Shown: one piece after another, positions 26,112 through 35,098 of the stretch | How positions within the stretch are numbered: position 1 is the first letter of the stretch | How the letters are laid out: each line of letters opens with the position of its first letter | Origin: Candidatus Micrarchaeota archaeon | GTDB lineage: Archaea; Micrarchaeota; Micrarchaeia; Anstonellales; J096 | Reading direction: 5' to 3' | Length of the DNA: 64,000 nucleotides | NCBI GenBank assembly: GCA_026982895.1 | Contig: JALWQW010000001.1 | Span: forward strand, 17,847-81,846 | Notes under the pieces: generated by a model | Database searches by the model: none | Told to the model about the DNA's origin: nothing | The model's input: only the letters and a program-made list of their open reading frames with translations | Made by a program: the position numbers and the translations under genes

Positions 26112-26357
26112 ATGGGAAATGTAGCCATTATCGTTAGAGTTATACCAGAAGAACAGAATAAGATGGAAGAAGTGCTCTCCAAGCTTAAAGAGAAGTTTGA
26201 AGTTAAGGATGTTAAAGAAGAAGACATCGGCTTCGGAGCAAAGGCCCTCAAGCTCATGATTATAAAGAAAGATGAGGAGGGAAGCGATGTTGAGTCTGAG
26301 ATTGAAAGCATCGAGGGCGTTTCTTCTGTGACTGTGGAGGATATTACACTCGTTTGA
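26112..26357 (+). CDS. ef1b: translation elongation factor aEF-1 beta
   Basis: MGNVAIIVRVIPE...IGFGAKALKLMII...IEGVSSVTVEDITLV is typical of aEF-1beta. Internal ATG chosen. Confidence 0.85.
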   Translation: MGNVAIIVRVIPEEQNKMEEVLSKLKEKFEVKDVKEEDIGFGAKALKLMIIKKDEEGSDVESEIESIEGVSSVTVEDITLV

Positions 26358-26408
26358 TTTTTTCTTTCCACTCCTTTTTTAAAGATTACCCTCCTTCTAT
26401 AAAGCCGT

Positions 26409-26480
26409 GCCTCGGTGGTGTAAGGGCTAGCATGGCGGCCTGTCGAGCCGCAGACCCGGGTTCGAGTCCCGGCCGAGGCG
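26409..26480 (+). tRNA. tRNA-Asp (GUC)
   Basis: Acceptor gcctcgg/ccgaggc. Anticodon stem gcggc/gccgc with loop cTGTCga. T-arm cccgg-gttcgag-tcccgg region. 72 nt, no encoded CCA. Confidence 0.92.
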
Positions 26481-26526
26481 TTCTCCTTTTTAAACATTTA
26501 TCTCTCTACTTAAACGGGGTGTTTTT

Positions 26527-26820
26527 ATGGTCGTTAGAAGTAAGAGAACCTCTGCTGTTAGGAAGGTAGCGAAGCGCTTGGCTAAAGGCGTTAAAATTCA
26601 AAGAACAAGAAGAAAAGCAAAGGGCAAATATCGCTGTGCTCTTTGTGGAAGGACTATAAAGCATGAAGGGAAGATGCATGGCAGGTTATTCGCTGGACAG
26701 CTTTGCCACCGTTGCCTTGACAGGGTGTTGCGTTATGCTGTAAGGGCTAAGAGTGAAGGAATCGACAATGTGCCCATATCACTTAGGCCGTATGTTGAGG
26801 TGGCTATGAAGAGGTTCTGA
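26527..26820 (+). CDS. rpl34e: 50S ribosomal protein L34e
   Basis: Basic N-terminus. RRKAKGKYRCALCG ... LCHRCL zinc-knuckle pattern. Conserved archaeal neighbourhood L34e-cmk. Confidence 0.8.
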   Translation: MVVRSKRTSAVRKVAKRLAKGVKIQRTRRKAKGKYRCALCGRTIKHEGKMHGRLFAGQLCHRCLDRVLRYAVRAKSEGIDNVPISLRPYVEVAMKRF

Positions 26821-26821
26821 T

Positions 26822-27367
26822 ATGCGTATAGCCATATCTGGCTGGGCTGGCTCTGGTAAAACAACCGTCGCTAAAGCTCTTTATGAACGGTTGAAGGAAG
26901 AGCTGCCAACTCTCTATCTTTTTACACCGACTTTCAAAGAAATCGTTGCAAAGATGGGCATAACTTTGGAGGAATATGAAAAGGCTGCTGAAAAGGATTT
27001 TTCCATAGACAAAGCCTTTGACGAGAAGATAAAAGAAGAATTTCTTGCTCATGAGCATGTTATACTCGCTAGTTGGCTTGCTGTATGGACTGTTGAAGAT
27101 GTGGCTGATATAAGCATCTTCCTCCACGCGCCTTTGGATATAAGAGCTAAGAGGATTGCTGATCGTGATGCTATATCTCCTGGAATTGCAACAGCCTATG
27201 TCTTGGATAGAGACTATAGAAATGCCGCCAGATATAAAGCGATATATAACATAGACCTTTTTGATCCGTGGAATCATGTCGATGTTGGGTTGAATACAAA
27301 AGATTTGTCGTTAGAGGATGAAGTTGAAACCATCACCGCTTTAATAAAATCTAAAAGATTGATTTAA
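26822..27367 (+). CDS. cmk: archaeal-type cytidylate kinase
   Basis: P-loop ISGWAGSGKTTVAKAL. LHAPLDIRAKRIADRD motif. Position immediately after rpl34e. Confidence 0.8.
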   Translation: MRIAISGWAGSGKTTVAKALYERLKEELPTLYLFTPTFKEIVAKMGITLEEYEKAAEKDFSIDKAFDEKIKEEFLAHEHVILASWLAVWTVEDVADISIFLHAPLDIRAKRIADRDAISPGIATAYVLDRDYRNAARYKAIYNIDLFDPWNHVDVGLNTKDLSLEDEVETITALIKSKRLI

Positions 27368-27393
27368 AAAACCTTCTTTGGAAAAGGGAGAGC

Positions 27394-27627
27394 ATGGTAG
27401 CAATCAAATGTCAGAGATGCTCACGCATAACATGGACTGCTGTTGTGTGCAATTACTGTGGGAAGGTCGTATGCGACAAATGTGTTAAGACCAGCAAGAG
27501 GGTTAAACGCAGGGATATAGCAAAGCTTCACATATGCAAGGATTGTTGGAGCAACCTTGAGAAGAGGAAGATGTACAGAAACAATGTGCCTTTGATTATA
27601 TCTGAGTTTGTCGTGCCAAAGGGCTGA
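27394..27627 (+). CDS. small four-CxxC zinc-binding protein (cross-brace/FYVE-like pattern)
   Basis: CQRC-x10-CNYCG-x3-CDKC-x17-CKDCW in 77 aa. Confidence 0.6.
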   Translation: MVAIKCQRCSRITWTAVVCNYCGKVVCDKCVKTSKRVKRRDIAKLHICKDCWSNLEKRKMYRNNVPLIISEFVVPKG

Positions 27628-27630
27628 TAT

Positions 27631-27972
27631 GTGGTTGTTGTGCGCATAGTTCTTCCTTCGGAAGATGGCAAAAGAATATACAAGGGCAGCTTTTATGATG
27701 CGCCCTTTTATTATATATACAAATTGAGCGCAGAAGGTTTAGAATTGATAAGGCGCGTCGATAAATCAGGTTTTTCGTATAGAATGGCCGATGTTTTGGT
27801 TATATTCGGCAGTCCGCAAGAGAAGTTAGGTATTCCTTTAAAGGTTATTTTTACGGAGCTTCTCTCCTTCGAAGACATATTCAATGTTCTCTTCAACTAT
27901 GGTGATGAAATAGAAAGTGCTGAGCCGAACGCGCGGTTTGTGTTGTATTCTAATAAAATCAAAGAGGTTTAG
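27631..27972 (+). CDS. hypothetical protein (weak NifX/NifB-like N-terminal resemblance)
   Basis: GTG start. RIVLPSEDGKRIYKGSFYDAPFYYIY resembles the start of FeMo-cofactor-binding-domain proteins. Weak. Confidence 0.4.
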   Translation: MVVVRIVLPSEDGKRIYKGSFYDAPFYYIYKLSAEGLELIRRVDKSGFSYRMADVLVIFGSPQEKLGIPLKVIFTELLSFEDIFNVLFNYGDEIESAEPNARFVLYSNKIKEV

Positions 27973-27982
27973 GTATTCGCTG

Positions 27983-28321
27983 TTAGATTCGCCCTTCCCT
28001 CTTCATGGCGGCGTATATGGCTAAACCCACTATGAGAGCAGCACTTATATAAGCGACGAGGTTGTATGGGCTTATCTCTGTTACCAAGAATAAATAAACA
28101 GAGGCTCGACCTGCTGCAGTTATTACTTCCTCTACTATGCTTAATGTCATTGTCTGCCACATCTCTACTAAGCCCAATATAGCAAATGCGCCTATAATCA
28201 AGTCATTGCTTTTTTGAGCATAAGGACAATTTTGAATGAAAGCCGCCCATAACGCAGCACCGCCTAAAATAGCTATACTTATAAGGATAAAATATGTCAT
28301 CAAACCCTCTTTCTTTGCCAT
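27983..28321 (-). CDS. small integral membrane protein (3-4 TM)
   Basis: Hydrophobic 112-aa ORF. The overlapping ORFs 27969..28160 and 28203..28406 look spurious. Confidence 0.5.
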   Translation of the reverse strand: MAKKEGLMTYFILISIAILGGAALWAAFIQNCPYAQKSNDLIIGAFAILGLVEMWQTMTLSIVEEVITAAGRASVYLFLVTEISPYNLVAYISAALIVGLAIYAAMKREGRI

Positions 28322-28392
28322 GGCGCTTATAGAGGGTGAAGCTTTTTAAGCGTTGTAGTTGCCTTTTTAAAAGTATCTGTTCAAAATTGTAC

Positions 28393-31300
28393 ATGGTTGT
28401 CAACAAAAGTAAAGACCTTACGAAGGAGAATACGGATTTAGCGAAGAAGTTTCTTGGTAAGATAAATAAGGCAAAAGATGAGAAAGAACTTGAGAGGGTT
28501 GTTGATGGAAAAGTGGATGGTATTTTAAGTGTTATCCATAAACAGGGTGGAAAACTCCAAAAGAAAATTGTCGACGGCTCAAAACAACTGTTGAAGGCTG
28601 TGAATTGGAAAGCGGCGGATGCTCAAGGTGTCCTCTTCACGACATTTCAGGTTTATGGTCATGGTGCTGTTGCCCTTAGGCTCTTCTATGTCATGGCTGA
28701 TATTGCAAAGAAGGAAGGTATGAACCTTAAACCTGGCTCGCTTTCAGCCAAGGATTTAACAAAACTTAAGCAAGAAGCTCTTGCTTGCTGCAGTCGTTTT
28801 ATTTGGGGGCACTCTATTCGTAAAAAGAAGAGCGGTTCTAGGAATGGTCCTACTGGTAGCAGCAGTAGTAGCACTCAAAATGAAGGGGAAACTGAGAATG
28901 TAGATCCTGTTCAAAAGGCTTATTTAGAGGGGTCTATAGGAGTTATTAATAAGATGGTTAGAGAGCATATTGTTCCGTTGGGCGAACAACTTTCCCATCT
29001 TTACAATCAGTATGGCGGGGCTGGTGCTGGCTCTACATTTGCTAACATTGTAGCTATCTTTGCTCAAATAGAAGACAATATGTTCCTTCTTGGTGCACAT
29101 AATGCGGAAAAGTTTTATAAGACATATTATCCTGTATTAGAAGCTGCACGGGATGATGTAACTAAAGCCCAAACAGAGCTTGGCAAATTGTATGCTAAAT
29201 TCAAGAAAACTGGTCATTTATCCGAAGAGGAAATGAGGCGCTTTAGGGCATATACCCACGAATTTATAGAAGCCACCATGGATTTCATAAATAGTGTTGG
29301 TAAAGCTGTTGAGTTATTAGGACCTTTAGCTGTCCAAGAGAATGCGTCAGATGTAGCAAAGCAAACTATCTCAACACTTACTAAATATTTTGTCGATGGT
29401 CTTATGATTTATGGAGGTATAAGTCTTGGAAGGTTAGGCTTATCAGCTCTTAAAGGTTTGAGGAGTGAGGCTTTGTTAGAGCAAATTGCAGCTCAACCCA
29501 CTCTTCTGAAGAAAATAGGTGTGGTGGGCGTGCCTGCTTTGACGAATGGAATTAAATATAGCATTTATGGTGGAATAATCGGTTCGCTTTATGGAGGTGG
29601 CTCTGCACTCTATAGACATTTTGAGGGCACAACCTTTAATCCTTATTTCAAGAAGTTTGCCGCTGCTGTTAAGAAGAAGGACAAAGAAGGTGCTGTAGCT
29701 ATTTTGGAGAAATTGAATCAATTGTATATAAAAGAAATGGCGAATATAAAAACTCGCCTAGGTTATGTTCCAAAGAGGCTGCAAGTTTTATATAAAGCAT
29801 ATAATGCGGCTATGAAGAATCTCGCTTCTGATAGTGTGGATTGGGGAGAGATTACACATGCTGCTTTCGAAGCCGCCGTATACGGTGCAGCTATTGGTGC
29901 CTTTGTTGGCGTTGCTTCTGGTGTGGCTTCTACGGCAGCTGCTGCTGAAGCTTCTGCAGCAAGAGCGGCTGCTGAATCTACTAAACCTACTGGCGGAGCT
30001 GGTGCCGCAGAAGGGGCGGCAGAAAGTACGAAACCCACAAGTGCAGGAAGAAAGCCCGCCGCGCCTGAAGAGAGAGCTGCTCCTGTTGCTGCCAAAAAGG
30101 GCACACGTGGTGCTGCAGAGACTGGAGAGGGTACAAAACCTGCTGAAGCGGCTGAAGCAACACCTGAGAAGAAATTACCGCCAAAACCCAGGCCTTACAA
30201 GGAATTGAAGGCTATACGGGATAGAATTGATGAAAAGGTTCGTTCAGTTGTTAAGGAGGGTGAAAAGTCACCCAAGCGTTTCCCCATGGGTAAAGATGCT
30301 ATAAACATTCGCCAGAGGTTCGCTCTAGGAAAGCGGCTTATTAAAGTCTACAATAAAGAGATCAATGCTCTTAGAAATGAGCTAAATAAATTGGAGAGAT
30401 TGTACGCCGATGGTTCTAACCCAAAAGCTGTGGCAGAGGTTGAGAGTAAAATAGCTGATTTGCGAATGAGAATCAATGCTCTGAAAGATGAAGCCAATTT
30501 AATCCATAATCGTATAGCGCAGGATTTGAAGCTGCTGGATAAGGATCCTGAGTTGGCAATGGATGTGGCAAAGCAGTCTGATTTCAAAGGCAAGGTCGAT
30601 GCTGCCAAGAAAGGATTTGAAGACCTTGAAGCCAAGTATCGTGGAGCAGAATCTCAAGTTAGTAGTGCTGCCAACGATGTCGAGGCTTTGCAATCAGAAG
30701 TTTTGAACCGTATTAAAGGCAAGCTTCCTGTTTTGGACGCCGAAGGAAATATTAAAGAGTATGTAAAGCCCAAAGTGGCAGCAGACAAGAAATACAAGCC
30801 TATATACAACGATGAAGGGGATTTAATTGGCTACGAGCTTCCAAGGAAGGTTAAGGTTGGCGAAGTGATAAATAAAATTAACGAGGTGGTTGAGCAGGGT
30901 GTTGAAAAAGTTAAAATGGGCGCTAAGAAAGGTGAAGAATGGGTCTTCGAAGGAGGAAGATGGGTTAAGAAGGTTGGTGCAGGTGCTAGAAATGTTGCAG
31001 GCAAGATTGTAGAACAAGCTGAAGCAGGTGCTAAGAAGGTTGGCAACAAAGTCGTAGAAGGTGCTGACAAGGTTAAGAAGGTCGCTAATAATTTGAAGGA
31101 AAAAGTCAAAAAGAAGCCTGGGGAAGGTTTAGGCCCGGAAGCTCATGCACCTGATTTGGTCGTTAATAAGTCTTCACTTATGTATGTTTATGACCTGCTA
31201 AGGACGGTTAATCGTGCATTCGATAAGATCTTATTTGAGCTTAAGAATGGCAAAGTCACTGAAATTACTGATACTACATACTCTGTTGACAATGCAGAAG

Positions 31301-31575
31301 TTGCTCTTAAGAACACGGAAGCATTATACAAGAGATATACTCAACTTCTTGAAAAGGCGAAGAAGAATGCTACAGTTGAAGGAGAAATTGAGGAAATTAC
31401 AGCGTTCCAAGAGAATGTATTGCCCATCCGCACTCAGCTCGAAAAGCTTAAAGGATATTTTGATAAACTAAAGATGATATCTGCTGAGGATAAAGCTCGC
31501 TTCAAATCTCTCAAAAAATTAGTTAATAACTTGCTTAAAGGCTTGAAGGCTGTAAAACCTCCTAGCGCGGAGTAA
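28393..31575 (+). CDS. 1060-aa hypothetical protein: helical N-region, central Gly/Ala-rich hydrophobic segments, Ala/Glu/Pro/Lys linker, long coiled-coil, amphipathic Lys-rich repeats
   Basis: Uninterrupted ORF. ATG 28393 sits about 25 nt after the TATA-like cctttttaaaag. Tandem AAESTKPT repeat. Repeats VEQGVEKVKMGAKKG / VEQAEAGAKKVGNKV / VEGADKVKKVANNL. Confidence 0.7.
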   Translation: MVVNKSKDLTKENTDLAKKFLGKINKAKDEKELERVVDGKVDGILSVIHKQGGKLQKKIVDGSKQLLKAVNWKAADAQGVLFTTFQVYGHGAVALRLFYVMADIAKKEGMNLKPGSLSAKDLTKLKQEALACCSRFIWGHSIRKKKSGSRNGPTGSSSSSTQNEGETENVDPVQKAYLEGSIGVINKMVREHIVPLGEQLSHLYNQYGGAGAGSTFANIVAIFAQIEDNMFLLGAHNAEKFYKTYYPVLEAARDDVTKAQTELGKLYAKFKKTGHLSEEEMRRFRAYTHEFIEATMDFINSVGKAVELLGPLAVQENASDVAKQTISTLTKYFVDGLMIYGGISLGRLGLSALKGLRSEALLEQIAAQPTLLKKIGVVGVPALTNGIKYSIYGGIIGSLYGGGSALYRHFEGTTFNPYFKKFAAAVKKKDKEGAVAILEKLNQLYIKEMANIKTRLGYVPKRLQVLYKAYNAAMKNLASDSVDWGEITHAAFEAAVYGAAIGAFVGVASGVASTAAAAEASAARAAAESTKPTGGAGAAEGAAESTKPTSAGRKPAAPEERAAPVAAKKGTRGAAETGEGTKPAEAAEATPEKKLPPKPRPYKELKAIRDRIDEKVRSVVKEGEKSPKRFPMGKDAINIRQRFALGKRLIKVYNKEINALRNELNKLERLYADGSNPKAVAEVESKIADLRMRINALKDEANLIHNRIAQDLKLLDKDPELAMDVAKQSDFKGKVDAAKKGFEDLEAKYRGAESQVSSAANDVEALQSEVLNRIKGKLPVLDAEGNIKEYVKPKVAADKKYKPIYNDEGDLIGYELPRKVKVGEVINKINEVVEQGVEKVKMGAKKGEEWVFEGGRWVKKVGAGARNVAGKIVEQAEAGAKKVGNKVVEGADKVKKVANNLKEKVKKKPGEGLGPEAHAPDLVVNKSSLMYVYDLLRTVNRAFDKILFELKNGKVTEITDTTYSVDNAEVALKNTEALYKRYTQLLEKAKKNATVEGEIEEITAFQENVLPIRTQLEKLKGYFDKLKMISAEDKARFKSLKKLVNNLLKGLKAVKPPSAE

Positions 31576-31585
31576 GCGCTGCTTA

Positions 31586-31629
31586 ACTCCCATTCTTTTT
31601 TAAAACTTTTCTCCTGCTTAAATGGGAGT
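31586..31629. promoter_or_regulatory. 9-bp inverted repeat (actcccatt ... aatgggagt) enclosing the TATA-like box cttttttaaaac of tRNA-Glu
   Basis: Read directly. The right arm ends 1 nt before the tRNA 5-prime end. The left arm starts 11 nt after the stop of the 1060-aa gene. Confidence 0.45.
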
Positions 31630-31630
31630 A

Positions 31631-31703
31631 GCTCCGATCGTCTAGTGGTCAAGGATGCTGGCCTTTCGAGCCAGCGACCCGGGTTCGAATCCCGGTCGGA
31701 GCA
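31631..31703 (+). tRNA. tRNA-Glu (UUC)
   Basis: Acceptor gctccga/tcggagc. Anticodon stem ctggc/gccag with loop cTTTCga. T-arm cccgg-gttcgaa-tcccgg region. 73 nt. Confidence 0.92.
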
Positions 31704-31718
31704 CTTCTATGAGATGAT

Positions 31719-32798
31719 ATGATGGATATTGATAAGTTCAACATTTATCGAGGAAAAGGTTACTTAGTAGTTACTGCTATAGCCTTGCTTTTTCTTGTAG
31801 TGGCTGTGGTGAATATCCCTCATATAAGAAGGGGTGTTGAATTCACAGGTGGTATACTGGCCATAGCAGACATAAACCATTCCATTGATGTCGATGCTTT
31901 AAAGGTTGATTTGGAGCAGCATGGCTATGTTGCACCATCAGTTTTACAGTATAAAACAGCTTATGGCTATCATATTGAGGTGGAAAGCCCATTAACCCCT
32001 CAACTCATTAAAGGAGAAGAACTTCGCGACGATATAGACGCTCTGTTGAAGGAGTATGCCGATTACGCTAACAGAGGCAAAGAAAGCGAAGGAAAACCCG
32101 TTTTAGACAAAGCTCTTCAAAAGCTCAAAGAACTTGAAAGCTTGGCTGGTTTGAATGAAACTGCTTCGACGCCGTTAGATATCCAAGAATTATCTACGAA
32201 GAGCTTAAACACCCTCCGTTCAAATGAAGAGGCGCGTTTGTCTTCTATATTGGAAAAATATATCGGCAAGATATTTTCATTAGAAACCGTTACGCCCATG
32301 CTTAGCAAGTCCTTCGCCGAGAAGGTTAAAGCAGCAGGCATAGCGTCTGCTGTGCTAGCAGTTATCTTCGTTTTCGTTGTATTCAAGAGGTTCGCTCCTT
32401 CTTTGGCTGTTCTTACAGGGGCTACATCTGATATATTAATAGCTCTCGGCTTTTTGGGCCTAACAGGCATTCCATTAACATTGGCGAGCTTTGCAGCTCT
32501 TCTAATGCTTATTGGTTATTCTTTGGATACAGATGTCCTTTTGGCCATGCGTATCCTGAAGACAGGAAAGGGCGATCCGAGAGACAAAGCATGGGAAGCC
32601 CTTAAGACGGGTAGCACCATGACATTGACAGGTCTGCTCAGCTTTACTGTTCTATTCGTCGTTGCACTTATTCTTAGAATCTCCACCTATTATCAGATAG
32701 GTGCCGTTGTCCTTGCAGGTCTTGTTGGCGACTTATTCGCAACATGGGGTATAAATGCCGTCGTTTTGCTTCATGCCATTGTGGGGGATAAAAAATGA
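31719..32798 (+). CDS. secF: protein-export membrane protein SecF
   Basis: N-terminal TM, extracytoplasmic domain, then a C-terminal 5-TM bundle with the GYSLDTDVLL motif. ATGA overlap with secD. Confidence 0.85.
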   Translation: MMDIDKFNIYRGKGYLVVTAIALLFLVVAVVNIPHIRRGVEFTGGILAIADINHSIDVDALKVDLEQHGYVAPSVLQYKTAYGYHIEVESPLTPQLIKGEELRDDIDALLKEYADYANRGKESEGKPVLDKALQKLKELESLAGLNETASTPLDIQELSTKSLNTLRSNEEARLSSILEKYIGKIFSLETVTPMLSKSFAEKVKAAGIASAVLAVIFVFVVFKRFAPSLAVLTGATSDILIALGFLGLTGIPLTLASFAALLMLIGYSLDTDVLLAMRILKTGKGDPRDKAWEALKTGSTMTLTGLLSFTVLFVVALILRISTYYQIGAVVLAGLVGDLFATWGINAVVLLHAIVGDKK

Positions 32799-34465
32799 TT
32801 GACAACTTTACAAAAACACTGTTTGTAGTTACAATTATATTTGCCGTTTTAATAGCGGCCTTTCCGAAGGCCTCTGGCCTTACAATGATATTGGCTGTTT
32901 TCGTCTTTGGAGGATTTTCACATTACACTCAGAACAGAAACGAGAAGATTGCCCTTCTGCTTTCCCTTCTGGCTTTGGCTGTTATAAATATACTCACGAG
33001 CGGCATTCGTCTCGGTATTGATTTTAAGGGTGGTGTGCGTTTGCCGGTTACTCTTAGCCATTCTGTAGACGCCGATACAATGGCTGAAATCGTCAATAAG
33101 CTTAAAACGCGTGTATCCTCTCTTGGCATGGAGCAGGTTATGGTTAAAGCTGTTGGCAACGACCGTCTCTTCATAGAAGTGCCGGCTGGAGACGAGCAAC
33201 TCGTCGACCGTGTTATAAAAGTCGTTACAACACAGGGTGTATATACTGCAATAGTAGATGGAAGGGTTGTTTTAGAGGGTCGCGACATTGTTCCAGGCAC
33301 TGTCAGCCCGCTTTCCCGCAACCAACTTGGCGGTGCTGATTGGGGTATAGGTTTTGCAGTAACCAGGGAAGGAGCAGAAAAGTTCGCCCAGCTTGTAAGA
33401 GGTAAAGCAAACATGCCTGTCTTCATGTTTTTAGATAAACCCTACAACTCCACAGTTATAATCCCCTCTCAATGGCTTGAGGACACTGCTAAAAACCTCT
33501 CAGCTCAGGCGGAGCCTCTTGGCATGGAGGTTTCTGCTATAGATATATATACTGCTCTTCAAAAGGCTCTCGTCGATGATAAGGGAAAAGTGAATCTTCT
33601 CTTAGATACTTCTCCACAGGTTAAAAACCTCAGCGGAGAAATTATAACAACGAAAGCCATAGCAGATAGGCTAAACCTATCAAATAAGACACTCAATATT
33701 ACTTATGTTAGTGAACAGGACCTCTATCCTAAAGTAGGGCTCTCTTATAAGAGGAAAATGATATATCCAGACACATGGAAGGCTGTTGGTTTAATGTCAG
33801 CACCAGCTCTTAGCGAGCAGATAACAAATGGAAGGATATCCATGAGTTATGTCGTGAGCGGCAGTGCGCCTCAAGGATTGTCCTCTATAGAAAGGAACGA
33901 ATATGTTAAAGAGACTGAGAGGCTCATATCATCGGTGTTGAAAGGAGGCGCATTCCCCGTTAAATTATTCATAGGCAGTAAAGAGGTTATTCCAGCCCCT
34001 CTCGGTGAGAAGTTCCTGAAGTATTCAGTCCAAGGTCTGCTTGCCTCTATAATAGCAGTTTCTCTATTCATAGCTCTTCGTTATAGGCGTTGGAAGCTCG
34101 TCATTCCAATTCTCATCATTACATTGATAGAAGTCTTTATTCTTATATCAACGGTGGGTTCATTTACAATAGATTTATCTGCAATGGCAGGTCTCATAGC
34201 TGCTGTAGGTGTTAGCATCGACGCTCAGATTATTATAACTGATGAGCTGCTTAAAGGGAAGAGCAAGGAGGAAGCATTAAAGAAGGCCTTTGAAATCATA
34301 AACAACAATGTTGTTTTAGCTGTCCTCGTATTCCTGCCATTATTTTTCACGCACATCGTTGAAATAATCGGCTTTGCAGTAACAACAATATTCAGCTACA
34401 TACTCGGTGCTTTGGTTTCTAGGCCTGCCTATGCTGCATTGGTCGAGAAGATATTCGAGGGCTAA
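32795..34465 (+). CDS. secD: protein-export membrane protein SecD
   Basis: Large periplasmic-type domain (GIDFKGGVRL) and a C-terminal TM bundle with GVSIDAQIIITDE. Confidence 0.85.
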   Translation: MIDNFTKTLFVVTIIFAVLIAAFPKASGLTMILAVFVFGGFSHYTQNRNEKIALLLSLLALAVINILTSGIRLGIDFKGGVRLPVTLSHSVDADTMAEIVNKLKTRVSSLGMEQVMVKAVGNDRLFIEVPAGDEQLVDRVIKVVTTQGVYTAIVDGRVVLEGRDIVPGTVSPLSRNQLGGADWGIGFAVTREGAEKFAQLVRGKANMPVFMFLDKPYNSTVIIPSQWLEDTAKNLSAQAEPLGMEVSAIDIYTALQKALVDDKGKVNLLLDTSPQVKNLSGEIITTKAIADRLNLSNKTLNITYVSEQDLYPKVGLSYKRKMIYPDTWKAVGLMSAPALSEQITNGRISMSYVVSGSAPQGLSSIERNEYVKETERLISSVLKGGAFPVKLFIGSKEVIPAPLGEKFLKYSVQGLLASIIAVSLFIALRYRRWKLVIPILIITLIEVFILISTVGSFTIDLSAMAGLIAAVGVSIDAQIIITDELLKGKSKEEALKKAFEIINNNVVLAVLVFLPLFFTHIVEIIGFAVTTIFSYILGALVSRPAYAALVEKIFEG

Positions 34466-34466
34466 T

Positions 34467-35075
34467 ATGCTTTATTATAATGGTGGGCATGAGGTAAAGG
34501 CTGTCTATTGGCTTACTGGTTTAATCATTCTCTCCTTTATTTTGCAGATGGCGATTCCGGGATTTACAGACGCGTTTATCTTCGACCCAACGACGGCCTT
34601 AGCAAAGCCATATACTATCTTAACGACGATGTTTTTGCATGCGAGCTTTTCCCACATCTTCTTTAATCTATTAGCCCTTATAATGTTTGGTCCTATTGTT
34701 GAGAGTCGTGTCGGTGCAAAAGCTTTCTTAATTATATATTTTCTTTCAGGCATCGTCGGCGGAGTTCTCTATTGGCTTACAATCATTGCAGGCATAATTC
34801 CTCCTTTGCCAGCGCTTGGAGCCAGCGGGGCCATTTATGGAATACTAGCGGCTGCAGCAGTCTTTTTCCCTCAGCTTGTCGTCTATGTTTGGTTTATACC
34901 AATGAGGATGCGCACTGCATTGGTGGTTTGGTTTTTAATGGAATTCTTTGGTGTTTTTGATGTTGGCTCGGGCATAGCTTCGGCAGCACATCTCGGCGGT
35001 TTAATTGTTGGTTATCTCTATGCTAAAAGCCTAAAAGATAGAGAGAATAGGTGGCTTTACCCTGACAGTTTTTAA
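34467..35075 (+). CDS. rhomboid-family intramembrane serine protease
   Basis: HASFSHIFFN, catalytic GASGAIYG and AAHLGGL motifs. ATG lies 1 nt after the secD stop. Confidence 0.85.
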   Translation: MLYYNGGHEVKAVYWLTGLIILSFILQMAIPGFTDAFIFDPTTALAKPYTILTTMFLHASFSHIFFNLLALIMFGPIVESRVGAKAFLIIYFLSGIVGGVLYWLTIIAGIIPPLPALGASGAIYGILAAAAVFFPQLVVYVWFIPMRMRTALVVWFLMEFFGVFDVGSGIASAAHLGGLIVGYLYAKSLKDRENRWLYPDSF

Positions 35076-35098
35076 GGATTTTTGTGTATATATTAATT

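Noticed and set aside
26090-26497. Minus-strand ORF overlapping EF-1beta and tRNA-Asp
   Set aside because: It lies antisense to two well-supported genes, and its Ser/Thr-rich translation has no motif.
29763-30208. ORFs 29763..30104 (-), 29834..30208 (+) and 29987..30184 (-) inside the 1060-aa gene
   Set aside because: These are alternative-frame and antisense readings of the GC-rich Ala/Glu/Pro linker. They give Ala/Leu/Pro low-complexity translations with no independent start or promoter signals.
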